Notes under the pieces: generated by a model
Told to the model about the DNA's origin: nothing
Seen by the model: the letters and a program-made list of their open reading frames with translations, nothing else
The model's database searches: none
Source: Promethearchaeota archaeon
GTDB taxonomy: Archaea > Asgardarchaeota > Lokiarchaeia > Sigyniarchaeales > SOKP01
Direction: 5' to 3'
DNA: 64,000 nucleotides
Assembly: GCA_016926735.1 (NCBI GenBank)
Contig: JAFGOA010000063.1
Location: 10,226-74,225, forward strand
In this document: positions 10,264 to 20,136 of the stretch, in pieces
Numbering within the stretch: the stretch's first letter is position 1
Layout: each line of letters begins with the position of its first letter
Program-made: the position numbers and the translations under genes

Positions 10264-11655
10264 TTAAGTTGATTTTATTAATTCTCTAAGAAGCATTGTA
10301 GCATAAGAACCTTTATTTAAAGAGAATTCGAATTTTAGCTTCTTGTTTTCTGGATAAATTTCATCCTCAACAATTTTTATTATTTTAAGACCAATTGGTT
10401 TTATTGTGATTGCTCTATATGATCCTTTCATTTTAAATTTTTCAAAAAATTCACTTTGAAAAATTTCTGAACTGATTCCTTCTTCATCTATAATCTTTTG
10501 AAATATATCTTCCATAAGTGGAAATTCACTAAGATCTGTATGATATCCTACAATTGGAGCCACAATAACGGCTTTATCTAACTCAATAGCTTTTTTTAAG
10601 AATTGATCATAACTCTCTCCAAAAATATAACTTACATTTGTAATATTTCCTTTTGTATCATCTAAAATACAGACTCGATCACCTTCAATTGGGTTAAATA
10701 ATGAAATTCCCTTTTTAACTCTTAAAGAAAGCATTTTATTAAATATATATGATTGAAATGCATTAACTATTAGATTAAGAACATTTGGATTTAACCTTTT
10801 AAAAGCACCCTCAAAATCATTAGGATTATTTATTATATGATATATAAGTTTACTTTCATAGGATAAGCTTTTGGGAAATTCTCTATAAAGTTGTTGAAGA
10901 GCCTCTGGGGTATTTAAAGATAATCCAATATTGTTTCTAATTTTACTTAATTCTATATTTTCTGTAGAGTATGTATTACTCACAAATTCTTTGAAAGCAC
11001 TCTCATAATCTCCCTCTAATAAAAACCTCCCAATAAGGTGAGAATTTGGACGATAAGTGCCAAATCTTTGCAATCCAAAGAAGTTAGGGATTCCTTTTTT
11101 TGACAATATATCAAAAATTTGATTTATTTTAAATTCTAAATTCTCTTTATTTTCAATATTTCTAATTGTAATACTAAAATTATTTCCCCTATTGCTTCCT
11201 AACATCACAGGTTTTTTAGAAGGATAAATGGATCGTATAAAAGTATCTCTTAATTTAAGCTTTTTAAGCTCTTTAATATAGTTTCCTCGTATTGAAATCT
11301 TCTGTACACTTATAGAACATTTATCTTTCAATCCAGAGTAGAAAATATGCTCTTTTGGTATATGTAATGCTCTTCTTATCTCTTTAAGTGCATTGAATGT
11401 GTCTTTATTAATTTTAATTAGATTAAAATTCGTAAATTTGTCTTTTTTTTCTGAATATGAAGGACTTTCTCTATCTTCTTTTATTTCTAAAATCTGCCCT
11501 GATTCCGTTATCTCTTTTACAATAAAATCTTTAAAATTATCCTTATAAATTCCCCCTATTCCCTCTATTTCAGGAGTTGAATAGATTTGTATTCCTGTAA
11601 AATTCTCTATCTCTTTCTCATTATCTGCATTTTTAAAAGTATAATTAAAATTCAT
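10264..11655 (-). CDS. truD: tRNA pseudouridine(13) synthase
   Basis: DFIVKE, SGLKDK, GNNFSI, PNFFGLQRFG, AFQSYIFN, GSYATMLLRE. Confidence 0.92.
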   Translation of the reverse strand: MNFNYTFKNADNEKEIENFTGIQIYSTPEIEGIGGIYKDNFKDFIVKEITESGQILEIKEDRESPSYSEKKDKFTNFNLIKINKDTFNALKEIRRALHIPKEHIFYSGLKDKCSISVQKISIRGNYIKELKKLKLRDTFIRSIYPSKKPVMLGSNRGNNFSITIRNIENKENLEFKINQIFDILSKKGIPNFFGLQRFGTYRPNSHLIGRFLLEGDYESAFKEFVSNTYSTENIELSKIRNNIGLSLNTPEALQQLYREFPKSLSYESKLIYHIINNPNDFEGAFKRLNPNVLNLIVNAFQSYIFNKMLSLRVKKGISLFNPIEGDRVCILDDTKGNITNVSYIFGESYDQFLKKAIELDKAVIVAPIVGYHTDLSEFPLMEDIFQKIIDEEGISSEIFQSEFFEKFKMKGSYRAITIKPIGLKIIKIVEDEIYPENKKLKFEFSLNKGSYATMLLRELIKST

Positions 11656-11680
11656 AGATAATCAATTTTCTAGATTTTGA

Positions 11681-12037
11681 TTATAATAGTTTAAGATTCC
11701 CAGTTATCTTATCAATCTTATTTGATAAATCTGGACCGATTCCTAGAGCTGTGGTGGTTCCTGGTTCTAATTGAGTCAATCCTGCATCATTTATTATAGA
11801 ACAGATAATATTATTTCTTTTTAATTTTCCAAATATATCCTCTAATTCTTCAAGACTTTGTATTTTCAGAACAACCTTCTTTTGACCCGAATTTATCCAA
11901 TCTTTCCATATTTTTGTATTCTCTTTTCTAACCCTATTTGAAGAACTAATGCTTGCATGACAGGCCTGAGCACACTTTTTTCCTGCTCCCATCTTTAAAT
12001 CGGTTCTGATAACAATTATTTGCTTTATTTCTTCCAT
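11681..12037 (-). CDS. pth2: Peptidyl-tRNA hydrolase Pth2
   Basis: IRTDLKMGAGK..AQACHA, GQKKVVLK, DAGLTQ..PGT.TALGIGP. Confidence 0.93.
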   Translation of the reverse strand: MEEIKQIIVIRTDLKMGAGKKCAQACHASISSSNRVRKENTKIWKDWINSGQKKVVLKIQSLEELEDIFGKLKRNNIICSIINDAGLTQLEPGTTTALGIGPDLSNKIDKITGNLKLL

Positions 12038-12143
12038 AAAATTAATCCTATTGTTAAATTAAATTCCTTCATTATTTATATCCTTTATAATATATAAGGA
12101 TTTTAGGAAATTGAATAAAAATTGGAAAATAAGTTCTTAAAGT

Positions 12144-12653
12144 TTATTCATATTCTATTCTTACTATTTCTTCAGTTAATTCCATTACAAGCTCTTCTAA
12201 CTCTTCTTTTGTAAAAAGAATTCGATCAATATCTTGTTTTTGGAGCACTGCCCGAAATTCAGTATCTCCAGTAGCTAAAAAGATTTCATTTAAAGATTTT
12301 ACTTTCCCCGGTGAGATTAAAGCTTCAATTACTAGTCTAGGGTTATTGATTTTCTCAATTAGAATAATCTGATCTATCTCATAGTTTTCTTTTATCCAAT
12401 TTAATAGATCTTGCGAAAATTTTAATTTATCTCCCTTTCCTATAACAATAATAACAACATCCTCATAATCTATAGCTTTATAAAAGGATATTTTTTCTAA
12501 AAAACTAAACTTTCCACTCTCCTCTAATTCAAGTAAATCCTTCGCTAAATCTAATTCAAATGAAGTGATCTGTTCTTCATCCAATTTCTCTTGACAACTG
12601 GTACATAAAAATCCAGATTTTATACAGGTCTCACATGCAGGGAGAAATTTCAT
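12144..12653 (-). CDS. Conserved archaeal Zn-finger/KH-like (NusA-like) protein
   Basis: N-terminal C..C.KSG.LC..C.EKL motif; next to ribosomal protein genes. Confidence 0.6.
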   Translation of the reverse strand: MKFLPACETCIKSGFLCTSCQEKLDEEQITSFELDLAKDLLELEESGKFSFLEKISFYKAIDYEDVVIIVIGKGDKLKFSQDLLNWIKENYEIDQIILIEKINNPRLVIEALISPGKVKSLNEIFLATGDTEFRAVLQKQDIDRILFTKEELEELVMELTEEIVRIEYE

Positions 12654-12666
12654 AATAAAAAACCAT

Positions 12667-12861
12667 TTATAATTCTATTATGTCGCAACCAACATCTCTT
12701 AATAATCTTTCAGCAGAGCCAGGATCAGTTTTAAAGGTATATAATGACTTTTTTGTTCTTAATTTTAATTTAACAATATCTTTTACTCTTATTACTCGAC
12801 AATGAACTGCTCGATCTGATATCTTTATAAACTCTTCTTCACTAAATATTTCTTTTGGCAA
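12667..12861 (-). CDS. rpl38e: Ribosomal protein eL38
   Basis: (M)PKEI..EEF....RA..CRV...VKLKLRTKKSLYT; probable TTG start at 12861. Confidence 0.85.
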   Translation of the reverse strand: MPKEIFSEEEFIKISDRAVHCRVIRVKDIVKLKLRTKKSLYTFKTDPGSAERLLRDVGCDIIEL

Positions 12862-13081
12862 TTTAAACAACTATAATATTTGTTATTGAAATAAATCCTT
12901 AGTATGTATTATCTTATTATTTATTAAATTTTAATTTTATCACTTGTGTTTTCTTAGAAGAATTATCCATCTCCAAAATTCTAACAGATTCAAAAATTTT
13001 ATTTTATATGTATTTTTTCTTATATTAATCTCGAAGAGACTGGTTTTGTATAAAAAATAAATAAATAAAAATTGAATTATC

Positions 13082-13243
13082 ATGCCACTTGATGACCCAT
13101 ATAAAAAAACAATTGCTCGCCATCACTTACTCATGAAAACAGTCTGCAGAAAATGTGGTTCTTTAAACCCATTAAAAGCAAAAAAATGCAGAAGATGTCA
13201 TAGTAAGGATTTACGATTAAAGAAAAGAGAAGTATCAAAATAA
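13082..13243 (+). CDS. rpl40e: Ribosomal protein eL40 (missed by ORF track)
   Basis: [53 protein letters not shown]; CRKC...NP..A.KCRRC motif. Confidence 0.92.
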   Translation: MPLDDPYKKTIARHHLLMKTVCRKCGSLNPLKAKKCRRCHSKDLRLKKREVSK

Positions 13244-13247
13244 TTTA

Positions 13248-13481
13248 TCAAACTGGTGAATCCTCACCAAAAAATAGTTTTCTCTTTAATACTTTAATTT
13301 TAAGCTTTTCAATAACTTTTTCTATTTCCAAGATTTCTTCATAGTTTAATTTATCAAAAAAGATATCCTTAATATAATTTTCACAGAAGTCTAATTCGGG
13401 ATTAAAATATATTGAATATTTTAATAGTAGATCTATTTTTCTTTTTTGTAGATTTGGAATTAGATTTAAAGTTTCATGCAC
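13248..13481 (-). CDS. Short hypothetical protein, possibly a gene remnant
   Basis: 77-aa ORF; the same frame continues upstream past a TAA (MEVLKELLEKDDVILW*KVHETL). Confidence 0.35.
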   Translation of the reverse strand: MHETLNLIPNLQKRKIDLLLKYSIYFNPELDFCENYIKDIFFDKLNYEEILEIEKVIEKLKIKVLKRKLFFGEDSPV

Positions 13482-13569
13482 TTTTTACCATAAAATTACA
13501 TCATCTTTTTCCAATAATTCTTTTAAAACTTCCATATATCCATTAGTTTTGGTTTATATTTTGATGTTA

Positions 13570-14178
13570 TTATCGTTTTTGGAATATATAACAACGCCAA
13601 CTCATATTATATATTTTTTTATCCAAAAATCCTTCTCGAACAAATTTAAATGAGCACTGACTTAGAATAAAATTTAATTTCTCAAATGAATAGAGATAAA
13701 TCTTACGATCATAAATCTTATCTGCATTTTTAAATTTATCAATTCTTTCTCCTTGTCCATCTTGTGTAATAATCTCAATAAATCCCCCATCTCCTAATAA
13801 ATTATAAAGAATTCGAAATAATTTAGGCATTTGTCCCTCTGAAATATGAATAATTGAACCTGAAGAAAAAATTCCATCAAATAATCCTAAACTCTCATCT
13901 AACTCAAAAAAGTTTTTAACTAAAAAAGTACATTGTGGTGTCTTTTTTTTTGCAATCCTTATTGATTCTTCACTAAAATCTACTCCAACAACTTCTGCGC
14001 CTAAAGAGTGTAATCTCATACTTTCATGACCTGTACCACATCCTAAATCTAATATTTTAGGAGAATCATTAAAATTAGATAAGAAATCTTTTATTGTTGG
14101 TAAAAGAATATTATTTGGATACCATTCTTCAGCACATTTTTCAGCATTTAGATCATAAAACCTTTTGATATTGTTCAT
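13570..14178 (-). CDS. Class I SAM-dependent methyltransferase
   Basis: ILDLGCGTG, VGVDFSEE, FDGIFSSGSIIH. Confidence 0.88.
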   Translation of the reverse strand: MNNIKRFYDLNAEKCAEEWYPNNILLPTIKDFLSNFNDSPKILDLGCGTGHESMRLHSLGAEVVGVDFSEESIRIAKKKTPQCTFLVKNFFELDESLGLFDGIFSSGSIIHISEGQMPKLFRILYNLLGDGGFIEIITQDGQGERIDKFKNADKIYDRKIYLYSFEKLNFILSQCSFKFVREGFLDKKIYNMSWRCYIFQKR

Positions 14179-14543
14179 GCTTCTCTCTTTAAAAAAAATA
14201 CAACTTTATTTTTAACTTTTCTATTCATTTGAAATCTATTTTTGAGACTGTAAAATTAAAAATTAATTTCATGGATTTTCTTAATACAGTAAATAAAAAA
14301 ATAAAAGAAAAAAAAGTAAGAATAAAATCTTATTCATACTTCCATTTCCTTTATTTCTTTATTTCCAACCAAAAAATAGTCTTTCGCCCAATATCCTTTA
14401 CTAAGTAAAGACAAGTTAGATTAATTTAAATGATTTGAGGTACACTTTTCTAATTATTATACTATATAAACAGAAAAAAAAGAGTAGAAATACCTATAAT
14501 GTAAAAAATACGGAAAATATTTATTATTGAGATACATTATTAT

Positions 14544-16793
14544 CTAAAATCTTGAAAATTCATTATTTTTCAGATACAAATTTAAAAAACGACCATTTCT
14601 TGTAGATGTTATTAATTTTTTCTTTTCTAATTTTCTTATATGATAATTAATTGTACTTGGTTTAAAATTAAGTCTATTTGCAATAATCTTCGGAATTATG
14701 CCTGGTTGATTTTCAATAATATCTAATATTTTTAAACTTGTTTCTGATTTTATTAATTTATCCTTATATTTTTTTGAATGATTTTTTTCGCTTATTGGGT
14801 AGAAAATATTATATTGTCCAATTTTTCTTTTTTTGATTATTTCATGTTCTAATAAAACTCTTAAGTGCCATTGTAATTGACCATTAGAAAGATTACATTC
14901 TCTTAATAATTCTTTAAAATGGATTTCTGAATTACTAAGGATTTTCTCAATTATATTCTGCCGGTTTTCATTATCAAATATCTTATCAAAATTAATCTTT
15001 GGAAAAGCTTCATTTTTAGTATCTCTCGATTTTAAATATTGTCTATATTCTTTTAGTGTAAGTCCCATAGAAAATGAGATTAAAATTAATATTACTAATG
15101 CTATTAAAAGCAAGAAATAAGGAATTATAAAAATTAAGAAATCATTTGAAAATAACCCAATATTGTTTCTATAGTTATAATTTATCTGATAGTATTGAAG
15201 TGTAATTACACCTGCATTTAGGATAAGATTTATTCCATTAACAAGAGTATTTTTCTTAATTGTCTTTAATTTTTTTATAGATTTGTTGTCATTAAATAAA
15301 ATACAACCACCAATCCCTAATATTAACATTGTTAGAATCAAATTAACATAAAAAAAATCTATAGAATAATCAATTGATTCTAATGAGAGAGTAATATACA
15401 TAATTTCTATATCGTCTCCCCACGAACCATCTGTTGCATCTGACCATATTATATGTAAATTACCATTGGGATCAAAAGCCATTGATGGATTTGCGCTGTT
15501 ATCGTCATTCCAATATATTTTGTTATTATCATCAGATATAATTGTAATATTTGACCATCCCGTTGCATTATTAAAATGATTTAGCATAATTTCAGGATCA
15601 CTTCCCCATATTCCACTAGTATGTCCTTGCCATGAAACATAAGGGTTTCCTAAATCATCCATAACTATATTTGGAAGCCAATTATCACGATTATTCCATT
15701 TTGTTTCATCATCAGATATAATTGTGGCATTCGACCAAGAATACCCATCATTTGAATAAACACTCATTATTTCTGTATTATTACCCCAAATACCATCTGT
15801 TTCATCCATCCATACTACAAATATCTCTCCTTGATGATTCACTGCTATTGATGGGAAATAAGACCATCCATTATTCCATTCTGTACCATTATAACCATCT
15901 GAAATAACCGTAGCATTTAACCATGTTTTCCCATCTAGAGAGGAGGAATATAAAATATCCATATCATCACCCCAAATTCCATCAGAATTACCACACCAAA
16001 CAAGATACAATTTTCCATTATCATCAAAGGTTATTCTTGGAGAAAAATAATCTCTTGAATAAAACTTGACCCCATTATATTCATCTGAAATTACAGAAGC
16101 ATTCGACCATGTTTTTCCATCTAAAGAAGAAATATACATAATTTTTGTATCACTTCCCCATATTCCATCTGTTTCATCCTCCCATACTATATGAATCGTA
16201 TTTGAATTATCAATTACCATATCTGGATAAGTGCTTACGCCATTATTCCAATATATTCCATCAAACCCATCTGAAATTACCGTAGCATTCGACCAAGATA
16301 TTCCATCTAAAGACGAGGTACACATTATTTCTGTGTCGCTTCCCCAAATTCCATCTGTATTATCTTCCCAAACGACAAAAATCGTTCCATTATTATTGAC
16401 GGAAATAGAAGGGTTTGCACTACTTCTATCATTCCAATATACTCCATTAAAACCATCTGAAATCACAGTAGCATTTGACCATGATAATCCATCTAAAGAA
16501 GAAGCATACATTATTTCAACATCGCTACCCCATACACCGTCTGTATTATCTTCCCAAACTATATGAAATCTTCCAAAAGAATCAATAAATATATCTGAAT
16601 TAATACTATTGTTATCATTCCATAAATAACCCTCTACATCCTCTGAAATAATAATTGTATTCGAATTTTTAATTAAATTCCCCTTATTGAAATTTCGATG
16701 GCTTAAACTTAATGAAGGTTGAAATAAAGAAACTATCAATAATGAAAAAATTAATAATACTAATAATTTAATCTTCTTCATGCCGTTGATCAA
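14544..16793 (-). CDS. Membrane-anchored one-component regulator: signal peptide, extracellular Asp-box/BNR repeat propeller, about 3 TM, cytoplasmic tandem wHTH
   Basis: About 7 repeats of SSLDG.SWSNATVISD/HIVWED.TDG.WG.D.EIM; hydrophobic segments at aa ~480-580; NENRQNII..I..HFKELLRE..LSNGQLQWHL.VL and STINYHIRKLEK wHTH motifs. Confidence 0.8.
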   Translation of the reverse strand: MINGMKKIKLLVLLIFSLLIVSLFQPSLSLSHRNFNKGNLIKNSNTIIISEDVEGYLWNDNNSINSDIFIDSFGRFHIVWEDNTDGVWGSDVEIMYASSLDGLSWSNATVISDGFNGVYWNDRSSANPSISVNNNGTIFVVWEDNTDGIWGSDTEIMCTSSLDGISWSNATVISDGFDGIYWNNGVSTYPDMVIDNSNTIHIVWEDETDGIWGSDTKIMYISSLDGKTWSNASVISDEYNGVKFYSRDYFSPRITFDDNGKLYLVWCGNSDGIWGDDMDILYSSSLDGKTWLNATVISDGYNGTEWNNGWSYFPSIAVNHQGEIFVVWMDETDGIWGNNTEIMSVYSNDGYSWSNATIISDDETKWNNRDNWLPNIVMDDLGNPYVSWQGHTSGIWGSDPEIMLNHFNNATGWSNITIISDDNNKIYWNDDNSANPSMAFDPNGNLHIIWSDATDGSWGDDIEIMYITLSLESIDYSIDFFYVNLILTMLILGIGGCILFNDNKSIKKLKTIKKNTLVNGINLILNAGVITLQYYQINYNYRNNIGLFSNDFLIFIIPYFLLLIALVILILISFSMGLTLKEYRQYLKSRDTKNEAFPKINFDKIFDNENRQNIIEKILSNSEIHFKELLRECNLSNGQLQWHLRVLLEHEIIKKRKIGQYNIFYPISEKNHSKKYKDKLIKSETSLKILDIIENQPGIIPKIIANRLNFKPSTINYHIRKLEKKKLITSTRNGRFLNLYLKNNEFSRF
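15400..16630 (-). repeat. Intragenic tandem repeats (~62 aa, ~186 nt period), Asp-box blades
   Basis: Recurrent CCATCTGAAAT..C.GTAGCATT.GACCA motif on the + strand. Confidence 0.8.
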
Positions 16794-17006
16794 GTTTAAT
16801 ATATTTACCCAAATAAAAAAAAAAAGTTGTTATATCTATCAATAATGAGATCTCATTTTAAATAATCTTCGTTAAATCAATCACCAATTTTAATTTTGAA
16901 ATTTTTAATTTCTATTCTCAATCAATATTGGGCTTTAAATCGTACTTTTAAATAACTTACAGTCGAAAATCAAAAAATTTCCTTAACTTTAATGATTCTT
17001 GAAAAA

Positions 17007-17046
17007 TTCAATATCGTCCCATATTCCTTTAAATATGGCTGAAAAT
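17007..17046 (+). promoter_or_regulatory. Promoter copy 1 with palindrome CCATATT-N6-AATATGG over TATA-like TTTAAATA
   Basis: 40 nt identical to 20059-20098; palindrome at 17019-17038. Confidence 0.7.
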
Positions 17047-17084
17047 GAAAGAGTATTATAATTTTAATAAAAATAAAATATCAA

Positions 17085-19853
17085 GTGAAAAAAATGCAAA
17101 AACAAAAATTAATTAAAATTAAAGCAAAACTTGTAATAGCTCTATTTTTAGTGAATATGATCTGTGGATTTGGATTCTTAGCTTTAACATTAGCAGATGG
17201 TGGTGTTATGGGATTAAGTCTCTCATCTAATAATATTAAAGAAGGAGAAAGCATCACTATTACATGGTCTTATTTTCATCCTCCTTCTCCTGATGGTGGA
17301 AAAAATGATTATAGTGATTTTGATATACAAATTTATACAAGGGTAAAAGATCAAGATACAGGACAATGGGGGTCATGGATTCATAGAGCTGGTGTTGATT
17401 GCAATTATCGTAAATATCAAAGTTATCCTCTCTCATTTGAAGAGGGTGGAATATACCAAATAAAATTAGTTCAACATGCTCGCAAATTAGGTCATACGGA
17501 ATATGATGGGACATATCATTGGGTTGGGATTACAGGTAATTGGGTAAATGCTGAAGAGATCTCAAATGAAATTACTGTAGAATATTCAATGAAAGTCCAA
17601 TTAGATACAACTTATATGGAAGAAGGTGATAGCATCACAATCTCTTGGATTCTTATTAATAAAGAATGTAATGATTATCTCGATGGATATCAATTAAGCT
17701 ATTCTGATTATGATACTGAAATATGGATGCAAAAAGATTCTGGTGAGTTTACTAAAATTGCTACAGTAGATATGGTTGGTGCAAGTTGGATTAACGATAG
17801 ATCACAAACACAGTATTATACAAAAATGATACTTGAATCTGGGAATTACAAATTCCTTCTAAAAGAATACTCTCGTGAAAAAGGATATGTTGATTTGAAT
17901 CCTGATTTTTACAAACGAGAATGGCATGGTATTAGAGAAGATAATCTACTCTATGAAGAAGAAAGTGAATATCTAACTGTAAAAAGTATCGTTGATTTAA
18001 CTATAAGTGAATCTTATATAGAATTAGGAGAATCAATAATACTCAATTGGAATGTTCCCCAAATAGATCAATATTATGATTATTATACATCTATTTATGA
18101 AAGTAGAAATGGAAAACCATGGGAAAATATCGAATCTATTGACGGTTCAGGATCAATATCTTATGAATATATACCTCAGAAACAAGGGATTTATATTTTT
18201 AAGGTTGATATCTATGCTAGGATTTTTAATTCTAATGATAATAATATTTCAGAAACAGGGAACTATTTATTGTTTAAGAACCAATCTACTAAACCATGTG
18301 AAGTAAATCTTGAAAATTTATATGATTTTAAGGATGATATTTTAGGTATGGTTCCAACTGGTTGGCAAAGAACTGAATATAAAACATCATCATTTGAAAA
18401 TGCCGGAAATTCTAATGATCTATATACTAAAGTAGTCAATAGTGATCAACTAGATTTAGATATTCCCGATAGTAGTGATGCCTCCGGAAATATGATAGAA
18501 TTTTATGCAACTAATTATGGAAGAAGCATCATTCAAAGAATAGGTAAAGAATTTAATATTCAAAATCTTGCTTCTGAAGAAGATAAAAAAGTAATTTATC
18601 TAAGTTTTGATATAGGGCATTCATATTGTGGATCTGACCAAGATAGAGGAGCAGAATTAGAGATAAAATTAGCAGGGCAGTATAATTGTTTTTCAATAAA
18701 ATATAAATTGTCTATAGATCATGCTACAATTAGTATTGGTCATACAAATTATTATCCACATGATTTAGAATATTTAGATATGGAGGTTATTTATAACGAA
18801 ATTCCTTCTTCAACTATGACCCATCTTGAATTTATATTATCCTTTGCTAATGATGATAATGGACTTACTAAAGCTACTTGTCAATCATATGTTAATGGTG
18901 CATTTAATTCAATAAATTCTGCATCTCTTAGTGTATTATATGAATTAAAGAATATTTTTATATCTCATAATACAGCAATGTACCCAGCAAGCACATCAAA
19001 ATTTTATTTAGATAATTTCTATTATGAAGTAATGGATATAGAAGGAGGAAGTGATTGGGAAGATGTGAAGTTTCCAATTCCAATAATGTATATAGAAGCT
19101 CCTCAAATTCCACGTCTTTATACTGATATATTCTTTTATTCTGCAGATAAAACTACTCATACATTTGATCTTACGCTTAGTATTCCTTTATATCTTACAG
19201 CTTCTATGCCTCTTACGTTTCCAATACCTTTAGATGAAGATATTAATTATGCTTATATCAATGAACGATCATTTATATATTATGAAGGACAACCAAAACC
19301 AAGTGCTACAATTCTCTATCATAAAATTGAAAGTAAAGCTAAAATTACCCAAATTATGTTTCCTGGATCAAATATAGTCGTTAGAACTGTATTTGCAGAT
19401 TTTGATTTTAAAAATGCTGTTAGAACAACATGTAATGATCCTATTGATTATTTTAACGCTGATTTTGAGGATTTAGGTGACTTTATTCATAAATGCGGGG
19501 ATTATTTCAATTGGATAAAAACAAATCCACAAAATGAAAATCTCGGATCATTTACATATGATTATGATTATAAAGGATATGATAAATTTGAAGATATAAA
19601 GGAACCTTGGATTAATGATGAATTGAGTTATTTATTTGACATTTCTCTCACAGAAAATGATTATTCAATAAATTTATTCAGTATTCCATATGCCTATTTT
19701 GGAATTACGGCATCATATTCTTGTCTTAGAATTATGAAATATAGTATAATGTACCATTTTGATGCGGAACATACTAGTTGCTCTTTTTCTGTATGGCAAC
19801 CTGAAAATTATTTTCCTCCATTTGGAATTCCTCAGATTCAAATAAGAGCATAA
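17085..19853 (+). CDS. Large secreted/surface protein with Ig-like modules and unique C-terminus
   Basis: Signal-like N-terminus; repeated EG(E/D)SIT(I/L)xW beta modules; YDFKDD.LG lectin-like segment. Confidence 0.7.
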   Translation: MKKMQKQKLIKIKAKLVIALFLVNMICGFGFLALTLADGGVMGLSLSSNNIKEGESITITWSYFHPPSPDGGKNDYSDFDIQIYTRVKDQDTGQWGSWIHRAGVDCNYRKYQSYPLSFEEGGIYQIKLVQHARKLGHTEYDGTYHWVGITGNWVNAEEISNEITVEYSMKVQLDTTYMEEGDSITISWILINKECNDYLDGYQLSYSDYDTEIWMQKDSGEFTKIATVDMVGASWINDRSQTQYYTKMILESGNYKFLLKEYSREKGYVDLNPDFYKREWHGIREDNLLYEEESEYLTVKSIVDLTISESYIELGESIILNWNVPQIDQYYDYYTSIYESRNGKPWENIESIDGSGSISYEYIPQKQGIYIFKVDIYARIFNSNDNNISETGNYLLFKNQSTKPCEVNLENLYDFKDDILGMVPTGWQRTEYKTSSFENAGNSNDLYTKVVNSDQLDLDIPDSSDASGNMIEFYATNYGRSIIQRIGKEFNIQNLASEEDKKVIYLSFDIGHSYCGSDQDRGAELEIKLAGQYNCFSIKYKLSIDHATISIGHTNYYPHDLEYLDMEVIYNEIPSSTMTHLEFILSFANDDNGLTKATCQSYVNGAFNSINSASLSVLYELKNIFISHNTAMYPASTSKFYLDNFYYEVMDIEGGSDWEDVKFPIPIMYIEAPQIPRLYTDIFFYSADKTTHTFDLTLSIPLYLTASMPLTFPIPLDEDINYAYINERSFIYYEGQPKPSATILYHKIESKAKITQIMFPGSNIVVRTVFADFDFKNAVRTTCNDPIDYFNADFEDLGDFIHKCGDYFNWIKTNPQNENLGSFTYDYDYKGYDKFEDIKEPWINDELSYLFDISLTENDYSINLFSIPYAYFGITASYSCLRIMKYSIMYHFDAEHTSCSFSVWQPENYFPPFGIPQIQIRA

Positions 19854-20058
19854 CTACCTTTTTTTTTTCTTTTTTTTCTATTCTAATTATAAATACTAAC
19901 AATTTAAAATCTACAAAATAAAATCAAACAATTTTTTAAAAATTCTGAGTTGGATTTGAAAAAAAAAACTGTTTTGGATTCTTCATATCATTTGAGAAGT
20001 CTTTAATAATACAATTCTGATAAATTTTTTTTTCATACAATTTTTTAAAATTTCCATA

Positions 20059-20098
20059 TTCAATATCGTCCCATATTCCTTTAAATATGGCTGAAAAT
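20059..20098 (+). promoter_or_regulatory. Promoter copy 2 (identical to 17007-17046)
   Basis: Direct repeat; palindrome at 20071-20090. Confidence 0.7.
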
Positions 20099-20136
20099 AA
20101 AAGAGTAATATAATTATATTAAAAATAAAATATCAA

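Noticed and set aside
14384-14410. TCGCCCAATATCCTTTACT, a partial match to the duplicated promoter
   Set aside because: Right half of the palindrome is missing and no gene follows in that orientation
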